Assembly: GCA_943356745.1 (NCBI GenBank)
Contig: CALRFT010000001.1
Span: forward strand, 75,946 to 139,945
DNA: 64,000 bases
From: Parcubacteria group bacterium
Lineage (GTDB): Bacteria; Patescibacteriota; Minisyncoccia; Phycocordibacterales; CSBR16-119
Direction of reading: 5' to 3'
Of the stretch, positions 35,399 to 47,058 are shown in pieces (position 1 is the stretch's first letter; the number at the start of each line of letters is the position of its first letter). The notes under the pieces were generated by a model. The model saw only the letters and a list, made by a program, of their open reading frames with translations, did not search any database and was not told where the DNA came from. The position numbers and the translations under genes were made by a program.

Positions 35399-37687
35399 TT
35401 AGAAATTTTCTTGAATAAATTGACGTGTAAAGTAATCAAGATACCCTGAAGCTTTTTGGAAGCTTGTAGGTGCCACAATCGAGTCTTGATAGAACGTCTG
35501 GAAATTTTTCAAAGCGCTAAAAGTCCTATCTCCAAAATAAGCAGTTTCCCTACCTGGTGAACCAGGCCCTGACTCAGCAAGAATAAATCCTTCTTCATTA
35601 AGAAACTTTTGTAAGCTAATTACATCAAAATGAGCTGTTCCATACCATAGGTCTTGATTAAATTCTCTGATTGTTATTTTTTCTTCTGAAGAATCATCTT
35701 TATTTTTATCGTTTTCTATTTCTGTTTTTAATTCGTCAGACAATATTACCAATGATTCTTTTGTTGTATTTGATATAGACTTACCATTACTTGAGCTACT
35801 TGAAACCGAATTATCTGAGTTAGATACCTGTAAATTTGTTTGATCAACATAGACTCCCGTACTAATTGTTACACTATTTCCACTAGCATTTTCTCCGAAC
35901 AATCCGAATATTGAGAAACTATTTGTATTACATGAAATTTCTCCAAGTCCTGTTTTAGGATTATAACTATTTACACACTGATTAAGTTTTCTCCATCCAA
36001 TCTCTTCTTCGTAGTGATGAATAACCAAAGTATTTAAATCAATATCTTTAATGTCTTCTCGTGTATATTCAATAGTAACAGTAATTGGTTGATCGAAGTT
36101 ATTTACCTCTTGTTCAGATGTTGCACTATAAGCAGCAAGATTATATACGTGTTCTCCTACCCATACAACTTTTTGTTCCGGTAGTCCAATCTCTTCTTTT
36201 GTTGTGAGTTTTTCTAGAAGTTTTACCTGAAATACCACTTCAGATTCTCCAGCTTTTAAATTTTGAGGAATTTCAAGCTTTGTTTTTACATCTGCGTCAG
36301 CAAAATCAATAATTCCTCCAACTGTTGTATCAATAACCCCTTCTTTAACTTTTTGAATTTCAGCTGTTGTAACACAACCTGTTGTTGTAAACTTCTGTTC
36401 TCCCCCAATTGCAACCTGAGAGAGGGAATCGTATGACTTCACAGTAAATGAGTAAGTTGTACATGGCAACAAATCAACAATAGTAACACTGTGCTCCATC
36501 ACTCTCGTATTTTTATTATATTCAGGTGTTGAAGTTTTTGTACTAAGAAGACCAAAATCAACACGCGTTGAAGTATTTTTATTTGTTGACCAACTAATAA
36601 CCGCGGAAGTATCACTTACAACTACGGTCGCAAGTCCAACAATTGATGGTGCAATATTTTTATCTGGTGAACCTTTCACCTCAACAGAATACTCTCCAGA
36701 CCCTACAGCATTGACAGCTCGCACTGCTACAGTGTAAGACATTCCATTTATAAGACCTGTAAGAATATGGCTCGTTTTTGATTGATTAACAGAAACCACA
36801 GAATTCACACCTTTAGCATCTGTATAAGAAATATTATATTCTGTAAGCGAAGACCCTCCGTTACTTGGAGCTGTCCAAGAAACAGAAAGTGTTGAATCAC
36901 CAGGTGTAAGAGTAATTCCGGAAGGAGTTTCAGGAACTGTTGCTACTATCTTCGCACTTGGAGTTGCCTCAATAGGATCAGAATATGTCCCAATGCCGAC
37001 AGAGTTTTCTGCAGCAACCTTAATAACATACTTAGTATTATTTGTTAGTTTATCTAAAAGATACCCTGTGTTTGTTGACTTAAGATCAATAATAGTCTCT
37101 CTACCATTAACTGTTACCGAGAGAATATAGTTTAGAATCATATCTCCCCCATCCTCTACAGGTTCCAGCCATGAGAGTTCAATTGACCCATCTCCAGGAG
37201 TTCCCTCGAGATTCAAAACTTCACTTGGTTCCACAGACTGCTTAGCAATAGCTGGTGTTGCAGAAACCAAAGATGATTGTTCACTAGTTCCGACAGCGTT
37301 AGAAGCAGCGATAATAAAACCATATTCCGTATCATTTTTTAAACCAGTTACAGTATAATTAGTATCTCCACTTTTTGTAGATATTGTATTTGATAATTTA
37401 CCCGCTGAATAAACTCCGATACGGTGGTCTGTTAAAGGCGATCCTCCATCTGATTCAACTTCCCAAGAAAGTTCAACTTGTGCATCGCCTGGAGTGGCAA
37501 CCACAGAGATAGGAGATGAAGGTGCTGTCGCTCCACCCTTTCCGACTTGCGCTCCAAGAAAAACATTTTGTGTTGGTTGATTGAATCCAACTAATACAAA
37601 CGCAGCAAGTCCAATTATTGCTAGCAAACTAAATGCTATATTTCCTTTCATGAAGGAAATTTTATTTTGTAAGTTTATTATAGACAT
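35399..37687 (-). CDS. surface protein with multiple fibronectin type III-like repeats and C-terminal peptidoglycan-binding domain
   Basis: N-terminal TM/signal; several FN3-like modules (…VELSWEV…YTVTGLKNDTEYGF…); C-terminal PG_binding_1-like domain (SLQKFLNEEGF…GYFG). Confidence 0.75.
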   Translation of the reverse strand: MSIINLQNKISFMKGNIAFSLLAIIGLAAFVLVGFNQPTQNVFLGAQVGKGGATAPSSPISVVATPGDAQVELSWEVESDGGSPLTDHRIGVYSAGKLSNTISTKSGDTNYTVTGLKNDTEYGFIIAASNAVGTSEQSSLVSATPAIAKQSVEPSEVLNLEGTPGDGSIELSWLEPVEDGGDMILNYILSVTVNGRETIIDLKSTNTGYLLDKLTNNTKYVIKVAAENSVGIGTYSDPIEATPSAKIVATVPETPSGITLTPGDSTLSVSWTAPSNGGSSLTEYNISYTDAKGVNSVVSVNQSKTSHILTGLINGMSYTVAVRAVNAVGSGEYSVEVKGSPDKNIAPSIVGLATVVVSDTSAVISWSTNKNTSTRVDFGLLSTKTSTPEYNKNTRVMEHSVTIVDLLPCTTYSFTVKSYDSLSQVAIGGEQKFTTTGCVTTAEIQKVKEGVIDTTVGGIIDFADADVKTKLEIPQNLKAGESEVVFQVKLLEKLTTKEEIGLPEQKVVWVGEHVYNLAAYSATSEQEVNNFDQPITVTIEYTREDIKDIDLNTLVIHHYEEEIGWRKLNQCVNSYNPKTGLGEISCNTNSFSIFGLFGENASGNSVTISTGVYVDQTNLQVSNSDNSVSSSSSNGKSISNTTKESLVILSDELKTEIENDKNKDDSSEEKITIREFNQDLWYGTAHFDVISLQKFLNEEGFILAESGPGSPGRETAYFGDRTFSALKNFQTFYQDSIVAPTSFQKASGYLDYFTRQFIQENF

Positions 37688-37802
37688 TGAAATGTAGTAT
37701 GAGATTAAACTAATAATTTAGATATGTTTTTATTTTACCACACCCAAATCAAGGTTTTTTAACAATTTTGAAAAAAGTATATTTTGACGTATAGTACAAA
37801 CC

Positions 37803-38699
37803 ATGAAATCAAAAGTTATAGTCATACTTGGCCAAACAGCGGTTGGAAAAACAAGTCTGGCTATTTCTCTTGCACAAAAATACAATGGCGAAGTTATCTC
37901 TGCAGATTCAAGACAAATATATAAAGGAATGAATCTTGGAACAGGAAAAGTAACAGAAGAAGAAGCACAAGGTATTCCACATCATTTGATTGATATTAAA
38001 AATCCAAATGATGATTATTCTGCTGAAGAATTTCAACGTGATGCTTTTCAAAAAATACAAGAAATCATCTCTCGAGGAAAAATACCAATCATCTGTGGTG
38101 GAACAGGATTTTATATCCAAGCAATTGTGGACAATATTTCATTTCAAAATGTTCCAGCAAACAAAAAACTTCGAGAAGAACTTGAAGAAAAAAGTATTGA
38201 AGAACTCCAAAACATTCTTGCAAATATTCCACAAGAAGAAGGTGTAAAAACAGACACGGAAAACAAGCGTCGTTTGATTCGTGCGATTGAAATTGGGACA
38301 TATTTTGGAAAGCTTTCTTGTGTACAAGCACAAGAATCAGAATATGATTTTTTACAAATCGGACTGAAACTTCCCCAAGAAACTCTTGAGCAAAAAATCA
38401 AAACAAGGCTCGAGGACCGTTTTAAAGAAGGAATGATCGAAGAGGTTGAAAGACTACACAAAGAAGAAATATCTTGGCAAAGACTCGAAAGTCTTGGTTT
38501 GGAATATAAACATATCGCACTGTATCTTCAAAAAGAAATCAAAACTTTTGAGGAGCTTAAAGAAATCCTTTTTATAAAAATTCGCCAGTATGCAAAACGT
38601 CAAATGACTTGGTTTAAGCGAGATGAAAGAATTGTTTGGTTTTCTCCAAATCAAATATCTTCCATCAAAACGCTTGTTTCGGAGTATTTGCAAAAGTAG
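37803..38699 (+). CDS. miaA: tRNA dimethylallyltransferase
   Basis: P-loop GQTAVGKTSLAI, SADSRQIYKGMNLGTGK. Confidence 0.9.
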   Translation: MKSKVIVILGQTAVGKTSLAISLAQKYNGEVISADSRQIYKGMNLGTGKVTEEEAQGIPHHLIDIKNPNDDYSAEEFQRDAFQKIQEIISRGKIPIICGGTGFYIQAIVDNISFQNVPANKKLREELEEKSIEELQNILANIPQEEGVKTDTENKRRLIRAIEIGTYFGKLSCVQAQESEYDFLQIGLKLPQETLEQKIKTRLEDRFKEGMIEEVERLHKEEISWQRLESLGLEYKHIALYLQKEIKTFEELKEILFIKIRQYAKRQMTWFKRDERIVWFSPNQISSIKTLVSEYLQK

Positions 38700-38888
38700 G
38701 GTTTTTTGTGTATTCTTCTGTTCATAACGATTAGCAAAAGTTTTGTCTTTACGATATACTTTTCTTGGCGTTGTTCCTTTATATACTGCACAAATCTTTG
38801 TGCACAATATAATTTTCTCTCATTCCACATCAGGTCGTTGACCTTCATGTGCGGGAGAAAAGTGTGGCGAAATAGTTTCGCCACTACT

Positions 38889-38962
38889 GGGCCTATAGTT
38901 CAGTGGTAGAATAGCGGTCTCCAAAACCGTTGACCGAGGTTCGAATCCTCGTGGGCCCGCCA
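38889..38962 (+). tRNA. tRNA-Trp (anticodon CCA), CCA encoded
   Basis: GGGCCUA/UGGGCCC acceptor, anticodon loop CUCCAAA, T-arm GAGG-TTCGAAT-CCTC. Confidence 0.85.
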
Positions 38963-38971
38963 AGGTAAAAT

Positions 38972-39766
38972 ATGAAAAGAAAAAATTTAACGATATTTTT
39001 AGCTATTTTAGGATTATTAATTGCCTTTATTAGTTTATATTATGATCATTTCAAGAAACAAATCCCCGAGATAGAAATAAAAGAATACATTTTTGGCAAC
39101 AAATATTTTTGGCTTCAAATTATAACAGACCAAAACAATAAAACTTTAGCTTATGGAGTTACAACTAGAGTCTCTGATTTCAACCCAGAATTTGAAATAC
39201 CAGTATGTTCTTATAACAACAAAAAGGATGACTGTATCCCCTACAATAAGGTCATTCTAGGAAAAACAAAGTTTTCAGATATACCAATAGAGCCAGAGTC
39301 AGCATATGCATTTCAAGGGGTTAATCGAATTTATTATGATGAAGAGTATTGGTTTGGTAACCCTGGATATTATCAATCTTACTTCATTGGACTAAATGAC
39401 AGTGGTTATATATCAAAATATCCTATATTATTTGATTTTATACAGTCAAAACCTGGACCAGCGAGTTATTTAGACTTATCTAATCAAAATCTCCAAATAA
39501 AAAGAGGCGACATGATTGTAAATACTTTTTTTGTAACTTCACCTTCTGTAAAATATACCCATGAAATTATTAATTCAATCGCAATAGGACCCAATTTAAG
39601 CGATGTGAGGGTTTTGCCAGAAAACTTAATAAATACAAACACAAAACAGGAGTCCATTGAAATGTTGAAGAAATTATCTTCAAATTTAAACATTGACTCA
39701 ATAAAAGTTATTTTTGGTGAACCCTTGCTTGTAAACGAAGGATCATGGTACAAAAAAGAAAAATAA
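38972..39766 (+). CDS. hypothetical membrane-anchored protein
   Basis: N-terminal TM; no recognised domain. Confidence 0.45.
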   Translation: MKRKNLTIFLAILGLLIAFISLYYDHFKKQIPEIEIKEYIFGNKYFWLQIITDQNNKTLAYGVTTRVSDFNPEFEIPVCSYNNKKDDCIPYNKVILGKTKFSDIPIEPESAYAFQGVNRIYYDEEYWFGNPGYYQSYFIGLNDSGYISKYPILFDFIQSKPGPASYLDLSNQNLQIKRGDMIVNTFFVTSPSVKYTHEIINSIAIGPNLSDVRVLPENLINTNTKQESIEMLKKLSSNLNIDSIKVIFGEPLLVNEGSWYKKEK

Positions 39767-39874
39767 TAAAAACCCATCTCAGAAATGAGATCGGTTTTTT
39801 ATTATACGAAACTCTCTGTGACTCAAAAAAAACACTCAGCTTTAAATTAACACTTTCTAACTAATATCGGACTT

Positions 39875-40240
39875 TTATTTTATAAAAATAAAAGACAAAA
39901 AACCGAATAATATTATTAATCCTAATATTATCAAAAAGGATTTTATAAAAATTTTAAAAAATTTACTTTGTGATTTTTTTTCTAGATTATTTTCTTTTTC
40001 AATTTTTTTTATATCTTTAGAAAGAAGGAATGCGGCAATAAAAAATGGAATATAGAGACTAGAGTAAACACCAATTACTAAAAATGTGACATCTTTCGAT
40101 AAAAAAGAGTCTAGAAAAGGATATAAAATATGACTAGCAATAAAAGGTATTTGCCCTTTAAAAATTATTTCAAGAAATGATAGTAAGCCTATTATTAACA
40201 ATATATGATAATATAGCTTTAATTTTTTATATTTATCCAT
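39875..40240 (-). CDS. hypothetical small integral membrane protein
   Basis: Four hydrophobic helices. Confidence 0.45.
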   Translation of the reverse strand: MDKYKKLKLYYHILLIIGLLSFLEIIFKGQIPFIASHILYPFLDSFLSKDVTFLVIGVYSSLYIPFFIAAFLLSKDIKKIEKENNLEKKSQSKFFKIFIKSFLIILGLIILFGFLSFIFIK

Positions 40241-40312
40241 AGAAATAAAATTTAACCCAAATAATTAAGTACTATAAAAAACATACATACATCATACTGT
40301 GAAGGCTTAGAA

Positions 40313-40349
40313 AAAACCACCCGAAGCGAAGCTTCGGGTGGTTTTTTGT
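40313..40349 (-). terminator. intrinsic terminator after rpmG
   Basis: ACCACCCGAAGC-GAAG-CTTCGGGTGGT + T-run. Confidence 0.8.
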
Positions 40350-40353
40350 TTTA

Positions 40354-40515
40354 TTATTTCTTTGATTCTACGAATTCCACATGTTGTCGAATTTTCTTGT
40401 CGAATTTTCGAATTTTCATCTTGTCTGGGTTTTGCTTTTTGTTCTTAAAAGTCTTAATAACAGTCCCAGTTTTTGGATTTCGCAAATTTATAATGTGATC
40501 TTGTGTTTTAGACAT
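40354..40515 (-). CDS. rpmG: 50S ribosomal protein L33
   Basis: Not in the ORF track (53 aa): MSKTQDHIINLRNPKTGTVIKTFKNKKQNPDKMKIRKFDKKIRQHVEFVESKK matches L33 (…TKNKRN.PD.L.L.KFDP..R.HV.F.E.K). Confidence 0.8.
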   Translation of the reverse strand: MSKTQDHIINLRNPKTGTVIKTFKNKKQNPDKMKIRKFDKKIRQHVEFVESKK

Positions 40516-40579
40516 ACGTATTTCTATTACTGATTAGTTTAATCAATGAATTTGATATTACCATAAGGCGTCAAATTCA

Positions 40580-41338
40580 TCAAGCCCCAGTTTGCCGTTT
40601 CCATTCATAGACCAAAAGTGCGGCTGAGACTGAAGCATTGAGCGATTCCACCCCTTCTTCCATAGGAATTGAAAGGATATAATCACAACGCTTTTTGGTC
40701 AAATCTCGAAGCCCGTGACCCTCATTTCCGACCACAAAGACCATTGGTCCCGTTAGATCTTGTTGCCAATAGCTCACGCTTCCTTCCATCGCAAGTCCTG
40801 CAACCCAGAAACCTTTTTCTTTGAGTTGAAGCAAGGTCGTGGCGATGTTTGATACTTGAATAATGGGAACTCGCGCCAGTGCTCCAGCTGATGTTTTGAA
40901 TACTGTTCCTGTAATTCCAGCTTGATTGTTTTTTGCAACGATAATGCCCGAAACTCCTGCCGCTGCAGCACTTCGGATGATCGCTCCGTAGTTATGCGGA
41001 TCTTGGATTTCGTCAAGAACAAGAAAGGCTGGATTTGCGTTGATATCGACTTTTGCCAAAACATCACTCATATCCTCAAGTGGATACTCTTTGATTTCAG
41101 CAACAAAACCTTGGTGAGAAACTCCAGGAGCAAGTTGTCCGAGTTTCTTTTCTGGAACCTTTACAAAAGGAATCTTGTGCTTTTTGAGGTACGGCAAAAG
41201 AACAGAAAGTTCAAATTCTGGAATACCCTCTTTTGCATATACTCGAACCACCAAAGAAGGCTTTTTTATCAAAATTTCTTCGATTGGGTTTTTGCCGAAA
41301 ATATAGACAAACTTGTTTTGTGCTGAGTCCTTTTTCAT
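40580..41338 (-). CDS. rlmB: TrmH/SpoU-family RNA 2′-O-methyltransferase (RlmB-like)
   Basis: SpoU_sub_bind N-domain + SPOUT motifs (LVLDEIQDPHNYGAIIRSA, VVGNEGHGL, LNASVSAAL); ends in tandem TGA TGA. Confidence 0.8.
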   Translation of the reverse strand: MKKDSAQNKFVYIFGKNPIEEILIKKPSLVVRVYAKEGIPEFELSVLLPYLKKHKIPFVKVPEKKLGQLAPGVSHQGFVAEIKEYPLEDMSDVLAKVDINANPAFLVLDEIQDPHNYGAIIRSAAAAGVSGIIVAKNNQAGITGTVFKTSAGALARVPIIQVSNIATTLLQLKEKGFWVAGLAMEGSVSYWQQDLTGPMVFVVGNEGHGLRDLTKKRCDYILSIPMEEGVESLNASVSAALLVYEWKRQTGA

Positions 41339-41440
41339 ACAAGGATAGATTACCCTGTTTTGACATTTATTGCAAAGGTTATCTTGTAAAATGAATGTGT
41401 CTATGCTATTCTATTCAGTGTTCGAAAAACGAATATATAT

Positions 41441-41523
41441 GCGTCGGTGGTAGAGCGGTCAATTACAACAGACTGTAAATCTGTCGCCAGTAGGCTACGA
41501 AGGTTCGAATCCTTCCCGGCGCA
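41441..41523 (+). tRNA. tRNA-Tyr (anticodon GUA)
   Basis: GCGUCGG/CCGGCGC acceptor, anticodon loop CUGUAAA, long variable arm, T-arm GAAGG-TTCGAAT-CCTTC. Confidence 0.8.
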
Positions 41524-41619
41524 CATCGAAATAAAAATACTCCAGAAAAACTGGAGTATTTTTATTTCGGTACACACAAAAAAACACTACTTTTTAAATT
41601 TAAAAGTAGTGTTTTAAAA

Positions 41620-42084
41620 CTAACATTCATCCTTAATAGAGATGCAATATTGTTCAATACCTGAATCTTTTATGAGCTGTTTTACCCATTCATCCATTTG
41701 TTTGACTAATTCTTCTCGATCAACTTTTTGTCTTACAGGCGCAATTTTTCCAATTAAAGATTCAAGTTTTTGACAAAAATCATCATTATCAAAAGTTGCT
41801 TGTTCAATCTGTAATAGATAACTAAGCCCGTCAACATAAAGTCGAATAGCCATTGTTGTATCGGAAATATTCATTTCTTCAATATCAGACCCGGAAGGTG
41901 ATGGGTCATCTATCTCAATTACTGTTTCAACTTCAATGTCTTCAAGGGACACAGACGAAATCGACAAAGTGGCTAAGGAATGGTTTTGTTGATATACAAC
42001 ATGATGTAGTGGAAACTTACTTTTAAGAATGCGATATAACTCTGTAAAAGCATAAAAATTTAAATCAGCTATTTTTCTCATCAT
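41620..42084 (-). CDS. hypothetical protein
   Basis: 154 aa acidic protein; no recognised domain. Confidence 0.45.
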   Translation of the reverse strand: MMRKIADLNFYAFTELYRILKSKFPLHHVVYQQNHSLATLSISSVSLEDIEVETVIEIDDPSPSGSDIEEMNISDTTMAIRLYVDGLSYLLQIEQATFDNDDFCQKLESLIGKIAPVRQKVDREELVKQMDEWVKQLIKDSGIEQYCISIKDEC

Positions 42085-42199
42085 TTATACTGTTTTAGTT
42101 TGTGAAAGAATTTTGATAAAATACTACATTTAAAAATGACTCATGTCAAACTTATCTCTTTGAACAGATTTTTACTTTTCTTTCTGCTACAATAAATCC

Positions 42200-42991
42200 A
42201 TGAATGAAATATTAGGTTCAATAATCTTAGGAATTGTCGAAGGGATTACAGAGTTTCTTCCAATTTCTTCTACAGGACATCTTATCATCATCAATGAATG
42301 GTTTTCTTTTGGAGAACCCTTCACAACAATGTTTAATGTTGTAATTCAGCTTGGCGCAATCCTTGCAGTGGTTGCTTTATATTTCAAACGTCTGTCCCCT
42401 TTTAATAAAACAGAAAGTGAACAAAAGAAGACTTTGAATCTTTGGAGAAAAGCAATCATCGGTGTGATACCAGCGCTTATTCTTGGTTTTATATTCGCAG
42501 ACTTTATAGAAACCCATCTTTTCAATCCACTCACTGTTTCGATAATGCTTATCATTGGAGGAATCTTTTTGATAGCAACACACCACAAAGAACACAAACC
42601 AAAATATGAATCAGTAGATTCTCTCCCTATTTCAAAAGTTATCTGGATTGGATTTATTCAATGTCTCGCAATGATTCCAGGAACATCACGGTCAGCTGCG
42701 AGCATTGTCGGTGCGTCATTTCTGGGAGCAAGTCGAACAGCTGCTGTTGAATTTTCTTTTTTTCTTGCAATCCCAACAATGCTCGCAGCGAGCTCTTACA
42801 GTCTTCTGACTTATTCAGGAACAATTGAAAGTCATGAATGGTTTGTACTCACTGTTGGATTCATCACTTCTTTTATCGTCGCAATGCTTGTGATTAAATT
42901 CTTTATTCATTACATTCAAAAACACAGCTTCCTTGCTTTTGGATACTATCGCATTCTCCTTGGAACACTGTTACTTATGTACATCATATAA
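42200..42991 (+). CDS. uppP: undecaprenyl-diphosphate phosphatase
   Basis: BacA motifs EFLPISSTGHL, SRSAASIVGA. Confidence 0.9.
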   Translation: MNEILGSIILGIVEGITEFLPISSTGHLIIINEWFSFGEPFTTMFNVVIQLGAILAVVALYFKRLSPFNKTESEQKKTLNLWRKAIIGVIPALILGFIFADFIETHLFNPLTVSIMLIIGGIFLIATHHKEHKPKYESVDSLPISKVIWIGFIQCLAMIPGTSRSAASIVGASFLGASRTAAVEFSFFLAIPTMLAASSYSLLTYSGTIESHEWFVLTVGFITSFIVAMLVIKFFIHYIQKHSFLAFGYYRILLGTLLLMYII

Positions 42992-43020
42992 AAATCCCGC
43001 ACTATGCGGGATTTTTATAT
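42992..43020. terminator. bidirectional intrinsic terminator
   Basis: ATCCCGCA-CTAT-GCGGGAT flanked by A/T runs. Confidence 0.75.
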
Positions 43021-45698
43021 TATACAAGCACCTTTCGTGCTCGTGATGTTTTCGGAGAGTTTTTCTTTGTGATAACAAGTGAACCATTTTTCATAGTTAC
43101 AGACACAGAGTCACCTTCTCCTATTTCATTTCCAATTATCATTTCTGCAATTGGATTTAATATTTCTGTTTGAATCAAACGATTAAGCGGACGCGCTCCA
43201 TACTGTGGATCGTATCCTTTTTCAGCAAGATACTGAAGTGCTTTATCATCCACAAGAAGCTTAATTCCCTTATCTTTCATTCGTTCTTCAACCAAAGATA
43301 CTCGGAGCTTTACAATTCCTTGTAATGCTTCTGGCGGAAGAATATCAAAGACCACAACTTCATCAAGACGATTCAAAAATTCTGGTCGGAAGAAATCCTT
43401 GAGAGATTCCAAAACTTTTTCTTTTGTATGAACATACTCTTCTTCGTTTGAATGATTTGAAAATCCAATTGTTTGCATTTTTTGGATAAACTGAGAACCA
43501 ATATTTGAAGTAAGAATAATCACTGTATTTTTAAAGTTTATCTTTCTCCCTTTTGCATCTGTGAGTTGTCCTTCATCCAGAACCTGAAGTAGTACATTAA
43601 ACACTTCTGGATGAGCTTTTTCAACCTCATCAAACAAAATAACAGAATATGGACGATGTCTTACAGCTTCAGTCAGCTGTCCTGAATCTTCATGGCCAAC
43701 ATATCCTGGGGGTGAACCAATGAGCTTTGAAACACTGTGTCGTTCCATGTATTCACTCATATCAACTCGGACAAGTGCTTTTTCATCATTGAAGAGAAAC
43801 TCAGCAAGTGTTTTTGTAAGTTCTGTTTTTCCAACTCCTGTTGGACCAAGAAAAATGAATGAGCCGATTGGACGAGAAGGATCTGAAACCCCAGCTCGAG
43901 ATCTTCGAATCACACTTGAGATTTTCTTAAGAGCTTCATCTTGTCCTACGACTCGCCCTTTGAGCTCTTCTTCCATTCGATTAAGTTTTGATCGTTCCTC
44001 TTCCATCATTTTTGAAAGTGGAATTCCTGTCCACCTAGCAACAACTTCCGCAATATCTTCTTCTGTAATTTCTTCTTTCAAGATTCTTCGTTCTTGTTGA
44101 AGTTTTTTCAAACGTCGAACTTCAGAAGAAAGTTGTTTTTCAAGAAGTGGAATTTTTCCATAGCGAATTTCTGCTGCACGCCCAAGGTCTGCTTGATTTT
44201 CAGCAGAGTCAGCTTCGAAACGAAATTGTTCAAGTTGTTTTTTAATATCTTTAATTGCAACAAGTGTATTTTTTTCGTTTTTCCATTTGAGCTCAAGTTC
44301 GCTTGTTTCTTCTCGAAGGTTTCCAATCTCTTGATTAATTTCTTTTAGTCGTTCTTTTGTATGAGACTTGTTCACCACCTCACTTGTTTCAAGCTCTTTT
44401 GTTAATGCTTCTTTTTCAATCTCAAGTCGCATTATTTTTCTGTGAGCCTCTTCAAGTTTTACCGGCTTATTTTCAAGCGCCATTCGAAGTGCTGAAGATG
44501 CTTCGTCAATGAGATCAACTGCTTTATCCGGCAAGAATCGACTTGTCAGATAGCGTCTTGAAAGTTCCACCGCAGAAACAATTGCATCATCTGTAATTCG
44601 CACACCGTGATAGAGTTCGTATTTTTCTTTCAGCCCTCGCAAAATAGCAATTGCATCTTCTTTGTTTGGTTCATCAACATATACAGGTTGAAAACGTCGT
44701 GCAAGCGCTGCATCTTTCTCCATGTGCTTTTGATACTCTTTCAAAGTTGTCGCTCCGATTGCTCGAAGTTCACCTCGCGCAAGCGCTGGTTTCAAAAGGT
44801 TTGCAGCGTCCACTGTTCCTTCAGCAGCTCCAGCTCCAACAATCATGTGAATTTCATCAATAAAGAGAACAATTTTTCCATCCGCTTTTTCAATCTCTTT
44901 CATAATTCCTCGAAGACGTTCTTCAAATTCCCCCCGATATTTTGTTCCAGCTAAAAGTGAACCGAGATCGAGAGAAACAATTTCTTTATCTTTCAAAGAA
45001 TCAGTAACGTCACCACGTGCAATTCGAGACGCAAGTCCTTCAACCACAGCAGTTTTTCCAACACCAGGTTCACCAATCAAAATTGGATTATTTTTTGTAC
45101 GACGTGAAAGAATTTGCATGATTCGCATGATTTCAGAATCACGCCCGATTACAGGATCGAGTTTATCTTCACGAGCAAGCTGTGTGAGGTTTCGAGTATA
45201 TTTTGGTAAAAGCCTAAACTGATTTTTTACATTTCCAACACGCGCATTTTCTCGAACCTCAAGAAGTGCTTTTTCAACTGCTTTTTTATCAATTGAAAAT
45301 CGAGAAATAATTTCTCCGGTTTCTCCTTGATGATTAAGAACAGCCAAAAAGAGATGTTCTGTTGAAACAAATTCATCATTCATCTTTTTTGCAATTTTAA
45401 TTGACTCGTCGATAACCTGTGCCAAGTCTGGAGTCAGAAAGAGTTGGAAGGTAGAAGAAAGAGTTCGATCTGTTGTGCCAACATCAATAGCATCAACAAC
45501 AGTATCTGTCAGAAGTATTGTATCAACTTCAAGTTTTTCAAGAATAGACATAACCATCGATTCATCTTGAAGAATAAGAGCTGCAAGAAGGTGTACAGAA
45601 TTAACATGGTTTTGCCCACGTTCAATCGCAAGCTCGTGCGCTCGTCTGATCGCATCTTTTGCCTTTGTTGTGAAATTATTGAATGGTCCTTGTTGCAT
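43020..45698 (-). CDS. clpB: ATP-dependent chaperone ClpB
   Basis: Clp_N repeats, two AAA+ modules ([16 protein letters not shown]), long coiled-coil M-domain. Confidence 0.9.
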   Translation of the reverse strand: MQQGPFNNFTTKAKDAIRRAHELAIERGQNHVNSVHLLAALILQDESMVMSILEKLEVDTILLTDTVVDAIDVGTTDRTLSSTFQLFLTPDLAQVIDESIKIAKKMNDEFVSTEHLFLAVLNHQGETGEIISRFSIDKKAVEKALLEVRENARVGNVKNQFRLLPKYTRNLTQLAREDKLDPVIGRDSEIMRIMQILSRRTKNNPILIGEPGVGKTAVVEGLASRIARGDVTDSLKDKEIVSLDLGSLLAGTKYRGEFEERLRGIMKEIEKADGKIVLFIDEIHMIVGAGAAEGTVDAANLLKPALARGELRAIGATTLKEYQKHMEKDAALARRFQPVYVDEPNKEDAIAILRGLKEKYELYHGVRITDDAIVSAVELSRRYLTSRFLPDKAVDLIDEASSALRMALENKPVKLEEAHRKIMRLEIEKEALTKELETSEVVNKSHTKERLKEINQEIGNLREETSELELKWKNEKNTLVAIKDIKKQLEQFRFEADSAENQADLGRAAEIRYGKIPLLEKQLSSEVRRLKKLQQERRILKEEITEEDIAEVVARWTGIPLSKMMEEERSKLNRMEEELKGRVVGQDEALKKISSVIRRSRAGVSDPSRPIGSFIFLGPTGVGKTELTKTLAEFLFNDEKALVRVDMSEYMERHSVSKLIGSPPGYVGHEDSGQLTEAVRHRPYSVILFDEVEKAHPEVFNVLLQVLDEGQLTDAKGRKINFKNTVIILTSNIGSQFIQKMQTIGFSNHSNEEEYVHTKEKVLESLKDFFRPEFLNRLDEVVVFDILPPEALQGIVKLRVSLVEERMKDKGIKLLVDDKALQYLAEKGYDPQYGARPLNRLIQTEILNPIAEMIIGNEIGEGDSVSVTMKNGSLVITKKNSPKTSRARKVLV

Positions 45699-45773
45699 AT
45701 AATTTGTGTTAATTTACTTAATTTTTACGTTCGTAAAATATATGTAGAATAATATACTATTTTATTTTTTTTC

Positions 45774-47012
45774 TCAAGATATTTTATGTTGTGCATAAAA
45801 ATCTTGATATTTTTTGAGAATCTGACCAAATGCTTCTATAAATTTTCTGAGTTCTTTTTCTGTTGTATATCTCCCAATACTTACTCTCACCGTCCCAGCT
45901 TCTTCATCCACAGAATCCCCTTTCATTGCTTTCAGTACGTAGGATTCGTTCGGATCATCAAATTTACACGCTGTTTTTGAAGAAACCTCAATATCATGAG
46001 CATCAAGTTCAAGAACCAGCAAGTCACTTTCAATTCCAGGATATGAGAAATTTACAACTCCAGGAATTTTTGAAAGTAAGGATCCGTGGATTTCAACTTG
46101 TGGGAATTTTGTCTGGAGTTCAAGAATAAGATAATCATGAAGTTTTGAAACACGAGCTCGTTCTTTTTCTTTCATATCCACTGCATCTTGAAGCGCTGTT
46201 ACCATACCAGCAATAAGTGGAAGTGCATGAGTTCCCGGACGGAAACCAAACTCTTGGTTTCCCCCGTGGAAAATAGACTGAAGTGGAACTCTTTGTTTTT
46301 TAACCAAAATCCCAACTCCCTTTGGTCCATATATTTTTCCAGCATTACACGAAAGCATATCAACTCCGAGTTTTTCCATAGAAACATCTTCGTATAAAAG
46401 AGCTTGAGATGCATCAGTGTGGATAAGAGGATACACAGCATGTATATTTTGCAAAGTATGTTTCTTAAAATGACGAACTGTTTTTGCAATTTCATGAATT
46501 GGTTGAATAGATCCAATTTCATTATTAACATACATAATAGAAACCAAAACTGTTTCTGGTGTAAGCATTTTTTTAAATTCATCAATCATAACAACCCCTG
46601 TTTCGTCTACAGGAATATAAGACACTCTTGCTTCTTTTGTTTCTTCCAAAAAATGTGCAACTTCAAGAACAGCGGGGTGTTCAATAGAACTCACAATAAC
46701 ATGAGGCAAACTATTTGGATTATTTCTCTTATATGCAAATACAGAGCCGAGCATTGCAAGATTGTCGCTTTCTGTTCCACCTGAAGTAAAAATAGTTTCT
46801 TGACTTGAAACCTTAAAACATTTTGCTGCTTGGGTTCTTAAATCTTCTAGTTTTTGTTTTGCTTGTACGGAACCAGTATGAAGTCCGTTTGGATTATGGA
46901 AAAATTTTGACCAAAATGGGTTCATTGCCCTCTTGACGTTGTCTGATACTGGAGTTGTACTTGCGTAATCAAGATATATTCTCTTGTTGCTTGATAAAAA
47001 ATTCATGTACAA
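45774..47012 (-). CDS. cysteine desulfurase (aminotransferase class V; IscS/NifS-like)
   Basis: PLP-binding region, SCNAGKIYGPKGVG; ends in TGA. Confidence 0.8.
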   Translation of the reverse strand: MYMNFLSSNKRIYLDYASTTPVSDNVKRAMNPFWSKFFHNPNGLHTGSVQAKQKLEDLRTQAAKCFKVSSQETIFTSGGTESDNLAMLGSVFAYKRNNPNSLPHVIVSSIEHPAVLEVAHFLEETKEARVSYIPVDETGVVMIDEFKKMLTPETVLVSIMYVNNEIGSIQPIHEIAKTVRHFKKHTLQNIHAVYPLIHTDASQALLYEDVSMEKLGVDMLSCNAGKIYGPKGVGILVKKQRVPLQSIFHGGNQEFGFRPGTHALPLIAGMVTALQDAVDMKEKERARVSKLHDYLILELQTKFPQVEIHGSLLSKIPGVVNFSYPGIESDLLVLELDAHDIEVSSKTACKFDDPNESYVLKAMKGDSVDEEAGTVRVSIGRYTTEKELRKFIEAFGQILKKYQDFYAQHKIS

Positions 47013-47058
47013 TGATTATATCTTTTTTACAAAATTTTAACAGCAAACTATTCATCAT